Shown one piece after another: positions 61,086 to 64,000 of a stretch of 64,000 nt of DNA. Position 1 is the first letter of the stretch; each line of letters opens with the position of its first letter. The stretch comes from Candidatus Binatia bacterium (GTDB lineage Bacteria > Desulfobacterota > Binatia > UBA9968 > CAXXLF01): contig CAXXLF010000002.1 of the NCBI GenBank assembly GCA_963664015.2, positions 1,760,001 through 1,824,000 on the forward strand, given 5' to 3'. Position numbers and translations under genes: made by a program. Under the pieces are notes generated by a model, which saw only the letters and a list, made by a program, of their open reading frames with translations, was not told the DNA's origin and did no database searches.

Positions 61086-62117
61086 TTAGGCTTTGATCGA
61101 GCGAGAATTCAAAGGAGCCCGCCGCAACGGGAGGCCCTTGAAATGGTCGTAACCCATTTGGGAAAGAGATAGAGAGGTTCCTTGACTAGTGGTTACGGTA
61201 ATGCCGTGGCGGGCCGGGAGGCATTTACCGATGTGGGTAATCGGAACCCCCAATCGGTTCTGGATTTTTTTTAGACGCTTATGATCGCGGGCACGGACGG
61301 AAAAAAGTAGTTCATAGTCTTCCCCACCTGCTAGCGAATAGTGAGCGCGATTTACTCCAGCCAGGCGCCGGTAGGGCGGTGACAAAGGGATCGCCTCTTG
61401 CCAGATTTCCGCGCCCGTTCCACTCGATTTGCAGAGGTGACCCAGGTCCTGCACCAGGCCGTCGCTGATGTCGATCATTGCCTTAGCGAGTTTTTCCTTT
61501 GCCAGGATGGACCCTGCCTTCAAGCGGGCTTGAGGAAAGAGATGGCGGGAAGTTAAATAGGCAACTTCCTTACTTGTACCTATTCTTTTTCGCTTCTTCA
61601 AAAGATTCAGTCCCAAGAAAGAGTCCCCTAGGGTTCCAGTCACATATAGATCGTCCCCGACTCTCGCGCCGCTCCGTTTAACGGGACCATAAGGTGCATG
61701 CCCAACCAGGAAGGCGCTGGTAAAAAAGCACTTCGAAGCGCAAGTATCTCCGCCCACCAGGCTGACACCGGTCTGAGAGGCCAGCTGGCCGATTCCACGA
61801 TAAAATTCTTCTATGTCTTTTACCTTAAAGTCAACCGGTAGTCCCAGGGACAACAATAGGTATTCGGGTGTTCCTCCCATAGCGGCCACGTCGCTCAGGT
61901 TGACGGCAAGAGTCTTGTAGCCGAGCCCGTAAAAGGACGCCCAACGACGATCAAAGTGTACCTTGTCAATTAGGAGGTCTGAGGTGAGGAGCAAATTCCC
62001 CTTTGCTCTCGTCCACGCGGCATCGTCTCCAATGCCCAAATAGACTCCTTGGCCCGTTGAGGTGGCCTTTTGGATTTTGTCTATAAGGGCGAATTCCCCC
62101 AGTTGTTTCAGTCGCAT
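61086..62117 (-). CDS. thiL: thiamine-monophosphate kinase
   Basis: GEF.LI, GIGDDAA, NLSD.AAMG, GGDT, D.SDGL..DL and GGEDYEL.F. Confidence 0.95.
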   Translation of the reverse strand: MRLKQLGEFALIDKIQKATSTGQGVYLGIGDDAAWTRAKGNLLLTSDLLIDKVHFDRRWASFYGLGYKTLAVNLSDVAAMGGTPEYLLLSLGLPVDFKVKDIEEFYRGIGQLASQTGVSLVGGDTCASKCFFTSAFLVGHAPYGPVKRSGARVGDDLYVTGTLGDSFLGLNLLKKRKRIGTSKEVAYLTSRHLFPQARLKAGSILAKEKLAKAMIDISDGLVQDLGHLCKSSGTGAEIWQEAIPLSPPYRRLAGVNRAHYSLAGGEDYELLFSVRARDHKRLKKIQNRLGVPITHIGKCLPARHGITVTTSQGTSLSLSQMGYDHFKGLPLRRAPLNSRSIKA

Positions 62118-64000
62118 CTAGGGTCTGAGGGGAGCATACCTCTCGCGCTGCACCTTGGCTGGGATCTTCCCCCCCTTTTTTAACTTTTTTCCTCTGCTTG
62201 GCGTTGCCTTCTTTGCCTTCGCAGTAGAGCGGGAGGTGCGGTGTCTCTTGGGCAGGAGCGCTTTGTCCAGTACATCTGACATGGTTCGCGCGAAGACAAA
62301 ATTGAGCCGGCGTCGCAGCGGCTTGGGTATCTCATCCAAATCGTTTTTATTGCGGTCAGGAACAATGATGGTCTTGATCCCAGCCCGATAGGCTGCCAGA
62401 CATTTTTCTTTGAGGCCGCCTACCGGCAATACCCGCCCTCGCAAGGTGATTTCACCGGTCATAGCCGTGTCCCGGTTCAGCGCTCGTTTGGTCAATGCGG
62501 AGATCAAGGCGGCGGCCATAGTAATTCCCGCTGAGGGTCCATCCTTGGGAATAGCACCGGCGGGCACGTGAATATGGATGTCCAACTTTTGATAGAAATC
62601 CTGCTCGATTCCCAGTTCCTTTGCCTGTGAGCGGGCGTAGCTCACCGCTGCCTGGGCCGACTCCTTCATCACGTCTCCAAGCTGCCCGGTCAGGGTCAGG
62701 CGTCCTTGTCCCTTGGATAGAGAGGCTTCTATGTAGAGGAGTTCCCCCCCGGCAATGGTCCAGGCAAGGCCAGTGGCGACGCCGATTTCGTTCTGTTCCA
62801 CTTCCAGCTCCGGGAGAAACTTCGGTGGGCCAAGAAAAAGGTGCAGGTTGGCCCGTGTCACTCGAGTGAGTTCTTTTTTCCCTTCGGCAACCTTGCGCGC
62901 CACCTTACGGCAAACGGCAGCGATCTCCCTATCTAGATTTCGTAGTCCCGCCTCCTTGGTATACTGGGCGATAATGCGAAGGATCGCGTCATCGGAAATC
63001 TCGAGATGGCTAGTGGAAATTCCGTTCTCTTCCCATTGCTTGGGGACAAGGTACTTGAGTGCAATCTCCAGTTTTTCCTCGTTGGTATAACCGGAGATGT
63101 GAATGACCTCCATACGATCCCGAAGGGTGTGTGGGATGGAATCGAGAAGGTTGGCCGTACAGATCATCAGAACATTCGATAGGTCAAAGGGGAGATTCAG
63201 ATAATGGTCGCTGAAGGCGTAGTTCTGTTCGGGATCCAAGACCTCTAAAAGTGCCGCCGATGGGTCACCACGAAAGTCCGCGCCGATCTTATCAATCTCA
63301 TCAAGCATGAAAACAGGGTTTTTGGAGCCTGCTTGTTTGATTCCCTGGATAATTCGACCCGGTAGAGCTCCTACATACGTACGTCGATGCCCCCGAATCT
63401 CCGCCTCGTCGCGGATGCCTCCAAGAGATACGCGAGTGAACTTCCTTCCTAAGGCACGGGCGATAGACCGTCCCAGGGAGGTTTTTCCCACCCCCGGGGG
63501 CCCCACAAAACAGAGAACCGGTCCCTTGATCTTTTTCTTGAGCTTGTGGACGGCGAGATATTCCAGGATACGCTCCTTGATCTTTTCCAAGTCGTAATGA
63601 TCCTGATTGAGCACGTCCTTAGCCGTCTGAATGTCCAGATTGTCTTTGGTCTGCTTGCTCCACGGGAGATCCACGATCCAATCGAGATAGGTTCGCACGA
63701 GAGAGGCCTCTGAGGACTCGGGATGCATTTGTTCCAAACGTTTGAGCTGCTTCTCGGCTTCTTTTTTAATCTCCGAGGGCATCTTGCCCTTTTCGATCTG
63801 ATTCTTGAGCTCATTGACCTCTTCCGTGCGCTCGTCCCCCTCGCCCAGTTCCTGATGGATTTGCTTGAGCTGTTCCCTTAGAAAATACTCTCGCTGGGTC
63901 TTGCTCATTTCCTCTTTGGCCTGATTTTGGATCTGGGCCTGCATGGTTGAAAGTTCCAGCTCTCGGCTGAGTAGCTCGTTGACCTTTTTCAATCGTTCGA
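62118..64000 (-). CDS. lon: Lon protease (5' part outside the window)
   Basis: [32 protein letters not shown] (Ser) and GGLKEK (Lys). Confidence 0.97.
   Translation of the reverse strand, partial: ERLKKVNELLSRELELSTMQAQIQNQAKEEMSKTQREYFLREQLKQIHQELGEGDERTEEVNELKNQIEKGKMPSEIKKEAEKQLKRLEQMHPESSEASLVRTYLDWIVDLPWSKQTKDNLDIQTAKDVLNQDHYDLEKIKERILEYLAVHKLKKKIKGPVLCFVGPPGVGKTSLGRSIARALGRKFTRVSLGGIRDEAEIRGHRRTYVGALPGRIIQGIKQAGSKNPVFMLDEIDKIGADFRGDPSAALLEVLDPEQNYAFSDHYLNLPFDLSNVLMICTANLLDSIPHTLRDRMEVIHISGYTNEEKLEIALKYLVPKQWEENGISTSHLEISDDAILRIIAQYTKEAGLRNLDREIAAVCRKVARKVAEGKKELTRVTRANLHLFLGPPKFLPELEVEQNEIGVATGLAWTIAGGELLYIEASLSKGQGRLTLTGQLGDVMKESAQAAVSYARSQAKELGIEQDFYQKLDIHIHVPAGAIPKDGPSAGITMAAALISALTKRALNRDTAMTGEITLRGRVLPVGGLKEKCLAAYRAGIKTIIVPDRNKNDLDEIPKPLRRRLNFVFARTMSDVLDKALLPKRHRTSRSTAKAKKATPSRGKKLKKGGKIPAKVQRERYAPLRP

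Overview
Bacterial chromosomal window with moderate-to-high GC and no phage, IS, CRISPR or rRNA. Gene content and order suggest a deltaproteobacterial/Binatota-like genome (inference). It spans a probable replication origin between hemL and dnaN (DnaA boxes, DnaA-trios, AT-rich tract), but dnaA is not next to it. Core genes include gmhA, atpZ/I/B/E, hemL, dnaN, moaB/D/E, plsY, exbB/D, ccdA, eno, ftsB, pcm, tRNA-Gly(CCC), yacG, lpxA, pyrD, thiD, mltG, lexA, larB, thiL and lon (partial). Accessory genes include a Na+-translocating decarboxylase operon, an aromatic/heteroaromatic catabolic cluster, several cupin, VOC and hydrolase genes, and about six decaying genes. The most unusual element is an apparently self-contained ~300-nt transcription unit at 25.7-26.04 kb. 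It has a consensus sigma70 promoter, a leader hairpin covering the SD, a 17-codon Lys/Ala micro-ORF (MAAKKKAKAKKKAKKKR) enclosed by a long-range 9-bp helix, and a 17-bp terminator stem. Two more small genes missed by the ORF track were found: a CPxCG zinc-finger microprotein and an OadG-like subunit. All product calls come from motif recognition by eye; no database searches were run.
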